Shown in pieces: positions 1 to 13,600 of a stretch of DNA of 64,000 bases. This stretch comes from Neodothiora populina (taxonomy: Eukaryota). Location: NCBI RefSeq assembly GCF_041146345.1, contig NW_027191404.1:1612001-1676000 (forward strand). The letters run 5' to 3'. Position numbers and translations under genes: made by a program. Each line of letters opens with the position of its first letter. Position 1 is the first letter of the stretch. The notes beneath the pieces are model-generated. The model ran no database searches. It was not told the DNA's origin and was given only the letters and a program-made list of their open reading frames with translations.

Positions 1-428
1 CGGTGGGTACCCTCTTCTGTCGCTTGCTCGATTTGGCTACTCCCTCGTTGGAAGTTCTCTTGTTCACAGCTTTTGCAGGCGGCTTCGCAATTGGTTTTGG
101 GGCCGGCTTGGGAGCAGACTTCTTGGCCTTTGTGTTTTCTGTGGGAGCAGGAGCTCGCTTTTGCGGTGATTGTTCTTCGTCCTACCACACCATGATCAGC
201 ACAAATGCACAGGCCGATTATATACACAATTGCGCAACATACCAAGGCATCCGTGATGATGTCTTTGCTTCTTGCCTTCCATGCATCGCCCTTCAGGAAG
301 CCTTGATCAAGGCCAAGTTTCTCTTCAGCAGCTGTACGGGCTTCATTGACGGTGAATGGCTGCTCTGACTGCCCCAATTCCCCCACGACTTCGCGTAATG
401 TTTGCTCTATCTCCTTATCCTTGGCCAT
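1..428 (-). CDS. 5' part of a DEK-C-like / HIRIP3-like putative chromatin protein (runs off the window start); exons 243..428 and <1..181
   Basis: Not in the ORF track. ATG at 428 gives MAKDKEIEQTLREVVGELGQSEQPFTVNEARTAAEEKLGLDQGFLKGDAWKARSKDIITDAL, then an intron 182..242 (GTATGT...GCTGAT...TAG), then a Lys/Pro/Ala-rich tract. The TVxxxRxxxExxLGL...W pattern resembles DEK-C-type domains (family call from memory). Confidence 0.6.
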   Translation of the reverse strand, partial: MAKDKEIEQTLREVVGELGQSEQPFTVNEARTAAEEKLGLDQGFLKGDAWKARSKDIITDALVCCAIVYIIGLCICADHGVVGRRTITAKASSCSHRKHKGQEVCSQAGPKTNCEAACKSCEQENFQRGSSQIEQATEEGTH

Positions 429-1422
429 CGTGGCGGCTCACGCTACACACTATAGTCGCTGTTACAACTATACGGACATATGAACAAGACCTACCTGCGC
501 GTCCGCGCTCGCTCGCGTATCGGACCCGCGTTCGCTATTGCTGCTGTTGTTTCAGGATGCGGGGGATGGTAAAGCTCGGACGCAGGCTGCTGTCCTGTAA
601 CTGTGGTATGACGCAAGAGGGCACCTACTGTGAAAATGGAAGTAGGTAAGGTATCTCTTGTACAAGGAAACATGGTCGAATATCTTTGGTCAAAGGCTTG
701 GGCCAAGTAGAAAGTTCTAAACGATCAGCAGGGCCAATGCCTTGGGTTCTGCAAAAGTCAGTCGTACTGTAGTACCTTAACTTCATTCTCGCCAACGAGA
801 AAGTTGGTTGAAGAAACTTGGCCCGCGATCCGCAGCCATCCTCCGAAAGTACTGTGAGGTGAGGTACCTTACCTCAACTGTACGGAGGACCTTCCCAATC
901 GCCCTCTTCTTGTACAATAATGCTGCTTCACCTGACCTCAACTTGACTGATTTGCTAGATTATTGCAATCGTTGATTTTGTACACACGGTACGACCCATA
1001 AAACCCAGGTGATTGGACAGTACCGCTAAGTCTGCCGTACTCGTGTTCCGGCATTCTGACCTCTTGTCAAAAAGACCTGAAGCCGTCGTCACTGTGTCAC
1101 GTCAATTGTGCGTAAGGTCATTTCTCTGAAAGCCCCGACCACCAGTCCCGACGCCAACCAACTTCTTCTGAACATTCCACCAACATCGATGAGTCCGATA
1201 ATAAGGAGCTATACTTAGCTTGCTATCTTTCTTTTCGTTTTCTCCTGTCCGATACTGACTCTTGACTGCTTCGTCAAAGCTATTGCGACCTTTCTCGTAC
1301 TTTCTTCCACCGCCAAGCTTTAGTTCATCCGTTTCGCTGGCAGCCCTGATATACCTTGCGGCGAGTATTCCCGACCCCCGCCTCACCCTACAAACATATC
1401 ATTGCACAAGCCCGCTCTGCAA

Positions 1423-1589
1423 GTAAGCCTCACATTCTCTGTTGTTGCTGCTTTTCTTATCACCAAGGATCGGCCGTGTTGGGACCACCATCGGTGTGCG
1501 ATCGTGATATTTTACTTGCATACGCTGCATTGATCAATACACCGCTGTGCATCACGCACGTTTCCAATCCCTAGCTGACTTTCTCAAAG
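1423..1589 (+). promoter_or_regulatory. Probable 5'-UTR intron of TPS1
   Basis: GTAAGC donor at 1423, GCTGAC branch point at 1574-1579, AAG acceptor at 1587-1589, ending 5 nt before the ATG at 1595. Confidence 0.5.
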
Positions 1590-1594
1590 TCACC

Positions 1595-3299
1595 ATGTCC
1601 ACCCCTGCAGATGCGAACACGAATGGCAAGGGCCGCTTGCTTCTTGTTTCAAATCGACTACCAATCACAATCAAGCGCTCCGAAGATGGCTCATATGACT
1701 TCTCGATGTCTTCCGGCGGACTCGTCAGTGGTCTCTCCGGTCTAACCAAGACGACAAAGTTCCAGTGGTACGGATGGCCTGGCATGCAGGTTCCGGAGAA
1801 CGAGGTTGGCCTCGTCAAGGACCGCTTATGGAAAGAGTACAGCGCAGTGCCAATCTTCATGGACGATGAGCTTGCGGACAGACATTACAACGGCTTCTCA
1901 AATTCAATCCTATGGCCGCTTTTCCACTACCACCCTGGTGAGATCACCTTTGACGAATCCGCCTGGAATGCGTACCGCGAGGCCAACCGCCTCTTCGCCA
2001 AGGCCATTGCAAAGGACGTGCAAGACAACGATCTTGTGTGGATTCACGACTATCACCTGATGTTGCTCCCTGCCATGTTGCGAGAGGAGATTGGCGACTC
2101 GAAGCGCAATGTGAAGCTGGGTTTCTTCCTTCACACTCCCTTCCCCAGTAGTGAGATCTACCGTATCCTGCCCGTTCGCGATGAGATCCTTATTGGCGTC
2201 CTCCACTGTGACCTTATCGGATTCCACACTTATGACTATGCTCGCCACTTCCTCAGCAGTTGTTCGAGGATCTTACAATTACCTACCACTCCCAACACCG
2301 TTGAGTTCCAGGGCAAGGTCATCACCGTTGGCGCCTTCCCCATCGGCATCGATCCCGAAAAGTTTGAGGAGGGTCTGAAGAAGCCCAAGGTTGTCGAGCG
2401 CATTGCATCACTGGAGCGCAAGTTCCAGGGTGTCAAGTTGATCGTCGGAGTCGATCGTCTCGATTACATCAAGGGTGTTCCCCAGAAGCTGCATGCCCTC
2501 GAGGTCTTTCTCACGGAACACCCCGAGTGGATCGGAAAGGTTGTTCTGGTCCAAGTCGCTGTCCCTTCAAGACAAGATGTCGAGGAGTACCAGAACCTGC
2601 GTGCGGTCGTCAATGAACTTGTAGGAAGAATCAACGGAAAGTTTGGTAGGTTTCACGTGCTTATTGTGACAATGTGAGCTTGACCATACTGACTTGTTAC
2701 AGGTACTATTGAGTTCATGCCTATCCACTTCATGCACAAGTCGGTGTCCTTCGATGAGTTGATCGCGTTGTATGCCGTTAGCGACGTCTGCTTGGTTACA
2801 TCGACCAGAGACGGCATGAACCTTGTGTCCTACGAGTACATTGCGACCCAGCAGAAGCGTCACGGCTCCATGATCCTGTCTGAGTTTGCCGGCGCGGCTC
2901 AGAGTCTGAACGGAAGCATTATCATCAACCCTTGGAACACGGAGGAGACTGCCGAGGCCATCCATGACGCCGTGACCATGGGCGAAGAGCAGCGAGCCAT
3001 AAACTACCAGAAGTTGGCCAAGTACGTCAACAAGTACACCAGGTAAGTTTGACTATTCGCTTGGAACATCGATCATGACATGTACTGACATGACATACAG
3101 TGCTTGGTGGGGCGAGTCGTTTGTCAACGAGCTCACGCGCATCGCAGAAGTGGCCGAGAGCAAACTCCATGTTCGACGTGAGTCAACATTTGAGAGGTCT
3201 GTCGAGAACGGACGCAAACTCTCAATAGATGCCAGCAAGCCAGGTGTAAAGCTCCCAGAGAGACCTGCGCCTGATGCTCAATCAAAGACAACCGTTTAA
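1595..3299 (+). CDS. TPS1: Trehalose-6-phosphate synthase (GT20); exons 1595..2645, 2703..3042, 3101..3299
   Basis: Motifs LLVSNRLP, SSGGLVSGL, HYNGFSNSILWPLFHY, WIHDYHLM, FFLHTPFPSSE, VDRLDYIKG, RDGMNLVSYEY. Two canonical introns (2646..2702, 3043..3100) join the ORF pieces in frame (GKF-GTIEF, KYT-SAWWG). Confidence 0.97.
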
Positions 3300-3925
3300 G
3301 GTGGCATGTTACAGTCTGTCGGGAGAAATCGAGGGAAAATGATAGAGCATGCGAAATCAGCATACGATGGCGCACGAGGAGTCATGGTTTTTTAAGGTCA
3401 CTGGGGGCCCGGCGAATATCGATTAGATAATCATTCCGGGTGCGATATCGCATGTGGACAACAATCATAAGAGCATTCGTCTTGCTGGTTCAGTACTAGT
3501 GTCTAGATATGCCTGCAGTGATATTCACGAAAACATGTTCCATTAAAACTCTGATGTTTTATGTAGTGTTTTGTTAGGGTCTCAAGCCTTGCAAGGTCAT
3601 ACTTGACCAAGTTTGATTGTCACTGCAAGGCCAAGACGACACCTTCACTATACGTGTGCATAGCTGCCGAGACATGATCGAGTCCGAAGTACTTACAAGC
3701 AGCGTGCAAGCAAGGTTGTCTCAAGCAAATACAACCTGCACAAAGACATTGACGTGACGGTCAATCCGCCTGTGCACTTTCGTCGATAGGGCAACCCTGT
3801 CCAAACCCCGACATCTTGGCACTGGCGTCCGTGCGTCAAAAGTTCGTGAATCTCAAGATCTACCGGGGACAGCGAACATGCGAGCGCCCATCTCTGTATA
3901 TCTATACAAGACCCACACACAGAAA

Positions 3926-4859
3926 ATGCGTCGAACAAGCCTCCTCAACCCTTTGCGGACATTCATCTGCCCGAGACCTGCCATTCAGGCCTGGAGGAGC
4001 GCGCGATGCTTCGCGACAGAGGTCTCGCCAGCATCCCCGTCGACAACCACGGCTCAGATTCCTGCCTTCACAACCGCCAACACTTCTGCGTCGGGCCACT
4101 CGTCTAGCATCATCGGTCAATCGGGAGTGCTATCTGGTAGCCATGCGTCAGAATCATCGAGTGTCAGGAAGGGACCGGTCGGCGTTGTCGTGAGCGCAGG
4201 GAAGATGCAGAAGACTGTCAAAGTCAGGATACCGGGTCAGAAATACAACAAGCACTTGAGAAAGGTACGTAAGACCGAAAGTAGTCACCAAGAGTGGCCT
4301 ACCGCAATTGCGCTGCTTGGGACTATTTGCTGATTTTGGACTCGGGCGAAAACAGTACTTCAGAGAGGACACCAACCACCTCGTGCATGACCCCAACTCA
4401 TCGCTGAACATCGGCGACGTCGTGTCGCTAAGCCCACACCGTGCATCCAAGCATGTCCACCACATCGTCCAGGAGATCCTCGTGCCATTCGGAACACCAA
4501 TCGCCGACAGACCCGCGGTGCCCACGGAGGAGGAAAGAAAAGCAGAGTACGAGAGCAAGCGCGCGGTCAAGGTCGAACGCCGCACGCTACGACGAGCTGC
4601 AGCTCAGGGCTCAGAGCGTGCGATTGAGCAATTGAAGACTATGGGGCTGGACCCCGGGCACGGAGCTGTTGCGGGCGTGGGCGAGAAGAATGTCAAGAAG
4701 CAGCAGATGGGCAACAAGGGGCACAAGCTGCCCGAGGGCGTGCTACCCGGTGGACTCCACGCTGTCGGCAAGATCGGAGACAGGGCCAAGAGCAACAAGG
4801 AGAAGACGATGAAGAGACAGGAGAAGGCAGAGGAGAACATCTTGGAGGCGCGAAGCTAG
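3926..4859 (+). CDS. Mitochondrial ribosomal protein uS17 (S17 family); exons 3926..4264, 4356..4859
   Basis: Arg-rich presequence, then GVVVSAGKMQKTVKVR...KHLRK|YF...LVHDP...GDVV...SKHVHHIV..I (S17 pattern). Intron 4265..4355 (GTACGT...CAG). Confidence 0.88.
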
Positions 4860-5401
4860 ATGCGACGGAGACTCGGCAATTGTGTGAAGCAAAGGCATTC
4901 AAAGGCAAGGTGCAGCGGAGCCACTGTCATGGATGCTGACACATTGAACCTTGCCGTCCTGTACAAATATATATCTCAAGATAAGAATAAACCGAAATGT
5001 AACATAGCACTGAGCACTGCCGAGGGGCAATCGAACCAGGGAAGTGTGCGTATTCTCTGTGGACAGCAGAGGTTCTACACCACTGAAGTACTAATCTGTT
5101 TTTGACCATGAACTATTCCATATCCAAGCGCTTGATCCGTCCTTCCCTTATACTATAGGTACGGTTGTAGAAGTGAGAAACGGCTAAACTCCGGCTTTTT
5201 GGTGGCTAGAAGTGAAGCTTCCCTAGGTAGTCCCGCGTCACCTTTCATTCGTTCTCCAATACACAATTGCGCCTCACTGTCTCCGACAACAATCATCACC
5301 TCGATCCTTTCTACCATATATCTCGTCGCACTGTACTACCGAGACATACGCGATCTGAATTCTGGATCCAAATCCATACACTCGACTGGAGCAGCGCGAC
5401 C

Positions 5402-6399
5402 ATGGCGCCTGACAAAAATGGAAGAGTTGTCTTCATTGGAAACATTCCATACGGTAAGTGTCATGGCTAGGCGACAAGCTATCTCTCAATCTGACAATCT
5501 CGACAGGCGTGAGCGAAGAGCAAATCGTGGACACATTTGGTAGAGTCGGGCAGGTCAACAACTTCCGCTTGGTGCACGACAAGGAAACGGGAAGACCAAA
5601 GGGTTTCGGATTTCTGGAGTACGCCGACCCAGATGCCGCCGCGTCGGCAGTGCGCAACCTCAATGACCACGAAATCATGGGGAGGAAATTACGGGTGGAT
5701 TGGTCGAACGACAACAGCAGTGGCAGCAGTGGCAACAGAAATGATGGATCCGGTGGACCTACAGATGGCGCGCAGATGAACCCCATGGGCGGAGATGTTG
5801 CACCCTCACAAGCACCATTATTGCCCACTCTACCGCCAGGCACAGACGTACCCATTGGATTGACTTGTCCGGACGCCATCTCTAAGACGCTGGCTTCATT
5901 GCCTGCTCCGCAGCTTCTCGACATCATCTCCCAATTGAAAGGTTTAGTCATGTCAGATCCTGCCCAGGCAACAGAGCTTCTCCGTCAAGCTCCTCAGCTT
6001 GCCTATGCAGTCTTCCAGGCCCTGCTTTTACTCGGATTAGTCGACACATCCATGCTGGGCAGCATTGTCCAGGCAGCGGGTCCCCAGGCGCCCGCTTACG
6101 CTCCTCCTCCCCAGCCCGCTGCGGTAATGCCTCCGGTGCCGCCTCAGAACCCTTACGCAGCGACTCCTCAGCCAGGATATCCCGCATACCCCCCTCAGCA
6201 GTTCCAACAACCGCCGGCGCCCACGCCTCCTGTACAGCAGCCAGCTTACCAACCTCCGCCGCAGCCTCAAGCCCAGCCCAATCAGCAAGAACTGCTGGCC
6301 CAGGTCATGGCTATGACGCGAGAACAGGTCTACGCCCTTGAACCTTCCGCAAGGCAGCAGATTATTGCTCTGCGATCTCAGCTCGGTGCCCCTGTCTGA
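5402..6399 (+). CDS. RNA15: mRNA 3'-end cleavage factor subunit Rna15/CstF-64 (RRM + hinge + C-terminal domain); exons 5402..5453, 5507..6399
   Basis: RNP2 VVFIGNIPY, RNP1 KGFGFLEY, SAVRNLN, hinge AISKTLASLPAPQLLDII...LLRQAPQLAYA, Pro/Gln linker, C-terminal QVMAMTREQVYAL...RQQIIALR. Intron 5454..5506. Confidence 0.92.
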
Positions 6400-7644
6400 T
6401 GCGCCGACATTGCAACAATAACAGCACAAGCAATCGATGCGATCACGCATCAAGTCAGTTCCACACTTTGGCGGTAGTGTAATCGTCCAAGGGGATTGGC
6501 AGTGCAGATACCTTCGATCAAGAGACGTCACCAGCATAGATCATGAACTTACACAGCGACAACTCGTTCCGTGCATCAAGGTCTACAACGTCGACTACGA
6601 CTACACGGGGATGAACCAGGTATCGCAACCGATGTGGCTCGGCAGTGCCCTGTATCTACCAGTTGCAAGCAGTGTGACCCATCAGTCAATGACTGTAGTA
6701 ATGAGACCGCATGCTGAAACAGCCAAGGGACTCCGAGGATGAGTCGAGGAGATATTGCCACGAGAGAGTGGCGCCGTCGCCTACCTCACCAGATTATCTT
6801 CCTACTAGATAGCATATCCATAGTAATCTCGACATAGAGAAGGCTTGCTCCAGGTTGCACTCGTCGGTAGTTCGATGTACACCTTGAATACAAATACTGG
6901 TACTGCACTCACATGGAACGGACAGCTCCGCTTCTAGCGGCAGCACTGAACCGCTGGTAAAGCACCGTTTTTTCTCCAGACTTTGCGGGAAGCTTGAATC
7001 ACTCCCGAAGCTAGGGTGTAAACAAATAACGTCGTCCTAACGTCGTTTGATCAGTCCGAAACGATTATCTGAGATTATGTTATATGTTCTTAGATAGACT
7101 GTGATGCCTGTACCGGAGACGTGTGAGTAAAAGCAGAGTGCTAGTCGTCCAAGTCGACTCGCTACTTGCACCTCGCCTGGCCTTACTCCATAGCATGATC
7201 GCTGAGGAAACCGGGGAGGCTGGGAAGGTCGGGCACCAAGCTGAATCGAGGGTAGCTTCCACCCATGATCTGCAAGTATCGGGCAGGTATTATATTATTC
7301 GCTACTGTGGTGTTGCTGCACACTGTATGTCCGCGCCCCAGTGTCGACAACTCACGTTCTTGCTCACCACACCATCGCCTACTCGGTCCTCTCGTGAACG
7401 TATGAACGACTGTTGCTTTGCATGCGCGCAGATTTTGCCCTCTTTCCACCGCACATAGCATTATGATTCATGACTTTATGACCTGAATATCTCTCACGTC
7501 CAGTGCAACGGCCTTACGACAGTACACGTAATTGATTTAAGCTTGACGAATCTCACAATCGGATCATACCACATTCAGCGGTGAAGCAGATACATACATA
7601 CACCGCGCGCATCTCTGCCACCACTTGTCATCAGCACTCTACAA

Positions 7645-10600
7645 ATGTTTCGATTCGGCAGCAAGAGCAATAGCTCTTCCGGCCATCGTAAGAAAAGCGA
7701 CAAACCATCGTCTTCCTCGTCGTCTCGCCGGCGTGAGCGTGCCGAATCAGTCACTTCTGCCTCGTCCAGTCGCAAGCCGTCGCGCAGGGAGGACCGCCAT
7801 AGTACGGCTGCGAGCGAGAGCGCCTCATACTATCGCCCTGTCTCTTCCGTACCTGATGCCCCACCAAGTCTGTCATCGTATGCCACCGCGCCAGATACTT
7901 ATCGTGCCGCGGGTCGACACGAAGGCGCGCCCTCTGTTCGATCTCAGTCTCTGACAGAAAGCGCCATTGAAACATTGACTGCGTACGATGATGAATGGGA
8001 AGACCTCGAGACTCGTAGTGAGCGTCGCGGAAAGCGATCTCCGAGTGAGGAGAGGGCAAGAAGGAGGCAACAGAGGCATGGCTCAAGCAGCGCCTCTTTC
8101 GACCAGAGCACGAGGAGGGAGGCGCCCGAAAGACCAGAGAGGATGAGCGAGAAGAGTCGCGGGAAGCAGAGACTTGACGATTCAGCATCTGCTTCTCCCG
8201 AACATTCTATTGATCTTCCCAGAGAGTCTACCCGCGGCTATGATACTTTTGATACCCAGCTTGATACTCCCGCCTTCAATCAGTTTCCAGGTCAATATCA
8301 GCAGTCTTACACAGGTCCCGAGACCCCACATTATCCTCCCTCGCTGTCCGCACACGTCGAAGATCAGTTTCCAGGACAGAACCCGCATGAGTATTCCGGC
8401 CCTGCCCAGCATGCTTCCCAGGGCGCTTACGGCTTGGCCGCCGACTACTATGGCGACCAAGGTCAGTCTGTTTCGACGCAGCCTGGGATCCGACCCGAAT
8501 CCGACACCATCATCCACGGCGCACAGCCTCATCTCATGTCTGCATCCGCGATTCCGAATCCGCCTCAAGAGACTGGCTATGGCGCCGCGGCAGAATTCTA
8601 TGGCGGAAGCTCGCCTCAACCAGTCCCATCGTCCGCCCCGCCATCGAAGCCCTTTGTCCACGCTTCATCTGTCGGCAACCCTCCTAGGCCCTCCAAATCT
8701 ACGAATTCGTCTGCCAGCAGCTCATCTAGTAAGCCCAATAAGCCAGGCAAAGTCAGTCGGCCATCCACCGCTGCAATAGCGACTTCAGCTGCCATGGGAA
8801 CTGCTGGACTTGGTCACGCCTCCAGTGCTCTCCACCAAAACTCGCAGTCGTATCCCGGCCCTGGCGGTGGTACCTACCAACAGCAGTCATTCGTGGAATC
8901 TCCGGCCCCCGTGGATCCTGATTACCTTCCATATAACCCAAGTGCTGATAAATACTCACACCAACACGCCAATTCGATGCCTGAAGTTCCTCCAAGTGAT
9001 TCGTACTATGCCCCTCCCTTGTCCACCCGCCCCCCGAAGCCAGGTAAGCAATCCTCCCCTACTAATGTTCCACTTTACGCAGCAGGGGCGGCTGGGGCAA
9101 TGGCGGGTGCATATGCGATGCACGAGCACACTCAGCACAATCATTCGCAATCCTTCCAAGGTTACGACAATTCGCACTCAAATCAGGGACACAATCATTC
9201 AGCCTCCCTTGGCGCAACCCCATCGCATCATGGTCAATCTGCACTTCCTCAATTTGCCTCTGGTGGACTGGCTATGCAGCACAAACATAGAGGTCCCATC
9301 AGTAGATTGGTGGACTGGTGGAAAGACTACGAAGATGTTCGCAAAATGGAAGAATACACCGAGTACATCGGTGTCTGCAAGTATTGCTTTGATCCTAGGA
9401 CCAGCGTGGAAGATGCCCCTCGCAAACATCATTACGACAAACGCCGCCAGGGGGACACCTCACCCAGACGTTCAAGCGACTCGCTCAGGCGCATGAATAC
9501 GCAAGGCAGTGGCCATGGCCGAATCGACAAAGACTCTCGCTATCACTCCCCTGACAGCGAACGTCGGAAGAAAAAGAAAAAAGCCTCGTGGATAGGTGCT
9601 GGCCTCGCGGGATATGGTCTTGGAAAATTCTGGGAAAGCAATCGCGATTTCGACACCAACAGCGTCAAGTCCGGTCGTCGCAGCCGGTCCTCCAGATATC
9701 CGGAAGACCACCGTGGCGAATCCATCGAGCGAGGCGTTATTGCGGATGGAAAATCCAGTCGTGGCCCTGTATATGTTCGCCATAAAGACGGTAGTGTCAC
9801 GAAAGAATCGTCGTCCTCCGGCAAGCACCATTCAGACTTCAAAGAGCGTGAGGAGAGAACCTTCAATAAAGGTGCTGCTGGCGGTCTGGGAGCATCTGGC
9901 ACTTATGCCGGTGGCAACAATGGAAAGTCCAAGAGTGCTGCTTCTGTCCACCACTCCTATAGCAGCCGCGAGCATTCTCCTCGTGGCGCTTATAGGCAGT
10001 ACAGGCAGCGAAGTAGATCAAGAAGCCATAGCCCCGGCCTAGGCGAAATCTTAGGATTCACAAGCTCGGCCTCTCGCCGTAGCAGACGAGGATCACCTAC
10101 GTCTTTCACTACTTCACGTAGCTCAGATCATGAGAGAGGCAGGATCTTTGACGGAGCTTCCTCCCGACCGAGCAAAGTACGTGGAGACCACAGAAAAAAA
10201 AACAAGAAGGGCTTCTTCTCCTTTTCCAATTCTTCTTCTTCGTCTGCAAATTCCGACCTGGCTTTCGGCGGCAGTACCGTTTCTGCACCTCACTCAAAAT
10301 CCAAGGCAAGTAGGAAACAGACATCTGACGAACGTCTGAATGCTACACTGCTAGGCATCGGTGCTACAGCTGCTGCAATAGCTGCCGCCAAACATGGCTC
10401 CAAGCAAAGCCGACGCAAGTCGGAAGGTGGCAGCGTCAGAGATCTGAAGACGCAAACGCAGAAGAGGAATAGGATGTCAGCTCGTGACAATCACTCGGAC
10501 GAGCAGGGCGAGTGGGAGGATGAGTCCGAATACCACGAGTCTGACAGCGCTCAGTCCGCACTAGCGTTTGGCGACTTCAACGCCATGGGTAGGAGTCCTG

Positions 10601-13600
10601 CGCGCCGCTCGAGTGGTGGATCGATCTCATCCCGATCTTCCGGCAACAGCAAGTGGGGATGGGCATGGGGGAGCAAGAAGCGTAGATCACCTACTCCTCC
10701 AGAGCAGCCCCCTAGACCTTCATATATCCCTGCTCAGGTCTCGGATAGGACCACGAGCATCCCACCAAGCACGAAAAGTAATGGGAGAGTACCTTCACGC
10801 GATGAGAGTGTCGTGAGCGGTATGGGCAACGGAACATCCTTGCCTCCTATGCAGTATGTTCATCCCGTGTCAACGTCAGACCCGACTGCTTTCGACGCAA
10901 TCAGCGCGTCAATGCCAGGCGCATTTCCGGACCAATCGATAACTTCAGGTAGACCAGGACCTGCTCCTCTCCAACAGCCGCAGCCAATCGCGCCCATCCA
11001 ACCGAACATATTCAATTCTCCCAGTGCTACTCAACCCGCATACACCAACGGCTCAAGCCCATCTGTGTTCGCCTCCGAAAAGCCTTCGGCTCTACGCCGG
11101 ACGCAGTCCAGTCCAATCACCAGCCACTATGCCCGCGACGCCGCCGCTATCACGGGAGGTGCTGCGGCTATGACCGCGAGCATCTTGTCGAACGGTAGAG
11201 CCAGGACACCAAGAGATGAAGGTTCAGCAGGCGTACGTTTCGAGTTGACCAGGAAGCAAGCCGAAAAAGCGGAACGCGAGCACCAGCGTGAGCAAGAGCG
11301 TGATGAGGAGAAGAGACGCTCGGATGAAGACCGGCGACGGTCTGATGAAGCAAGAGCTTTTGAGGAGGAGGCTGCTCGGCATGCTGAGGAAAACCTCAGA
11401 CGTGAACACGAGGAAAAGTTGAGACGCGAACGCGAAGAAAACATAAGGCGCGAACATGAGGAAGACTTGAGACGTGAACGCGAAGGACAAGTACGGCGAG
11501 AACGCGAAGAGCATCTGAGGCGCGAGCGTGAAGAAGCCGAACGCTATCGCTTGGCTGAAGAGTTCAAGAGAGCGGAAGAGCAGCGTCGCGAAGAAAGAGA
11601 ACGAGCCGAAGCTGCTGCCTGGTACCAATCTCAGCTCGAGAAGCAGACCAGAGAACGCGAAGACGAGGAGAGAAAGCGAGAGATGGCTGCTGCCGAAGCC
11701 GCTGTTCTCGAAGACGAGCAAAGACGAGCCGAAGAGACCTACCGTCAAGAACGAGAGAGGTACGAGCGAGAACGCGAATTGGACCGAGAAGAGGAACAGC
11801 ATAGGCAACACGAGGCGGACTTCGACCGAAGCAGAAAGAAAATCGAGTATCGCAGGCCTGAATCAAGTGTCTCTCATGTCCCATGGACAGCGCCGATCGC
11901 TGCTGCTCTAGCTGGGGCTGCTATCGGAGCATCTGCCAGATCATCAAACATCGACGACAAGTCTACCAACGATAAAGCGTATGCCACACGTACTTACGAG
12001 CCGAAATCAAGACGAAACGGCCGGCCTTTGATGGCTGACGACGACTACGACCCGGAATATCATAGACGCAGACGCAGTCCAAGCGAAGTAAGACGTGAAG
12101 CCGAGATCCCTCATGAAACTGCCGAAAGTGTCGTGACAGATCTCGAGGACCGATACAAACAACCTGCGCCATCACAAGCTGCTTTTTTTGCCCCGAAAGA
12201 GCTTTGCGAACCCGCCAAGGGGAAGACTGCTGTCCCCGACCCCATCGGTGATAACAATGTGTGGGTGTATCACATGCCGAACATTGATCCTGACCATCCA
12301 CCACATGAGCCGCCCCCTCCATACCAGCCTTCACCGCACTTTGGTCCCAACGCAGACTTCAAATTGAAGGGCGTCCCGGGCGGCATTCCCAAGCTGAACA
12401 TCATCGCGCCTACTCCTCCGATTAGCATTTCTGGATCGATCAGGGATGAAAAGTCGCCGGACAGGGCTGTCGCAAGTCCAGTCGAGGCTTCGAACGACGA
12501 CCAAGACGAAACACAGACTAGCGCGGACAGGAGGAAGGCAAACAGAGTCAGCTGGGGTCAAGACCAAACTCGAATCTACGAGGTTCATACGCCTGACTCT
12601 TCTCGCGACTCGCGCGAATTCATCTCGAACCAGGACTTGAACGATCATGCTGCTTCGCTGCCAATGAGAATGACCGTGGTAGACGATCCCGAAGATGACG
12701 CTTCTAGCGCAAGCACCAACAGGATGCAGGATTATTCACCTGCGGATAGGCAGCACTCGAAGTCTAAGTCTGATATCGAACCGAGTGAGGAGATAGCACG
12801 GGAAGCTGAGACGTCGTCGACGTTCGAGGGCGCGTATAGATCACCAGTGGTAAATCTGGCCAATCTGAACTATGGCCTAGACTCTCCTGGGACCGAAGGA
12901 GCCCCACCTGTCCAAGGTTTCGTAGAAGGCGAAGTAAACGAGCCAACGCCGGCATCGGAAAGACCACCTCATATCCCTGGTGAATTCGAGGTGGAGGAGC
13001 CTCAGCAATCTCAGGAGATTCAGGAAGACTACGCGTTCCCTCTCAGCAGAAAAGAGAAAAAGAAGAGAGACAAGGCTGCCTCAAGAGCGAGTACTGAAGA
13101 AGTTCCGTCTTCAGTATCTGAAGAGCTTGCGATCTCTCAATTGCCACAGCCTGAGACAAAATCGACATTTGAGCTTCCCCTGAGCAAGAAGGACAAGAAG
13201 AAGAGGGATAAGGCTGCTTCCCGTTCATTGATCAAAGATCCCTTCCCTTCGGCTGTGGAGGTAGTATCGACATTGCAAAGTGTCACAGATGAGGTTGAAG
13301 CGCCTTTATCGAGCAAAGAGCAGAAAAAGCGTGATAAGGCTAGCAGGAGCGAAGCTGATGATTCGTCATACCTGCCTAATCTCGAGTCTGCATCTCAGTA
13401 TGATGCACCCGACCCACCTACAGTTCCAGAGGAGGATTATTTCTTTGGCAAGAGGAACGCGAAGGCACAAGATGAGACTATCCTTGACAAGTCGAATGAA
13501 TGTCCTACACCTTCATATGAGGTGCATACGGTCGAGAAAGTGGCTCCTTCTGTGACAGATCCTGCAGAGGAGATTTCCCTCAGCTCCAGGGAGAAAAGAG

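Noticed and set aside
3..368. 121-aa plus-strand hydrophobic ORF
   Set aside because: Antisense shadow of the Lys/Pro-rich spliced minus-strand gene.
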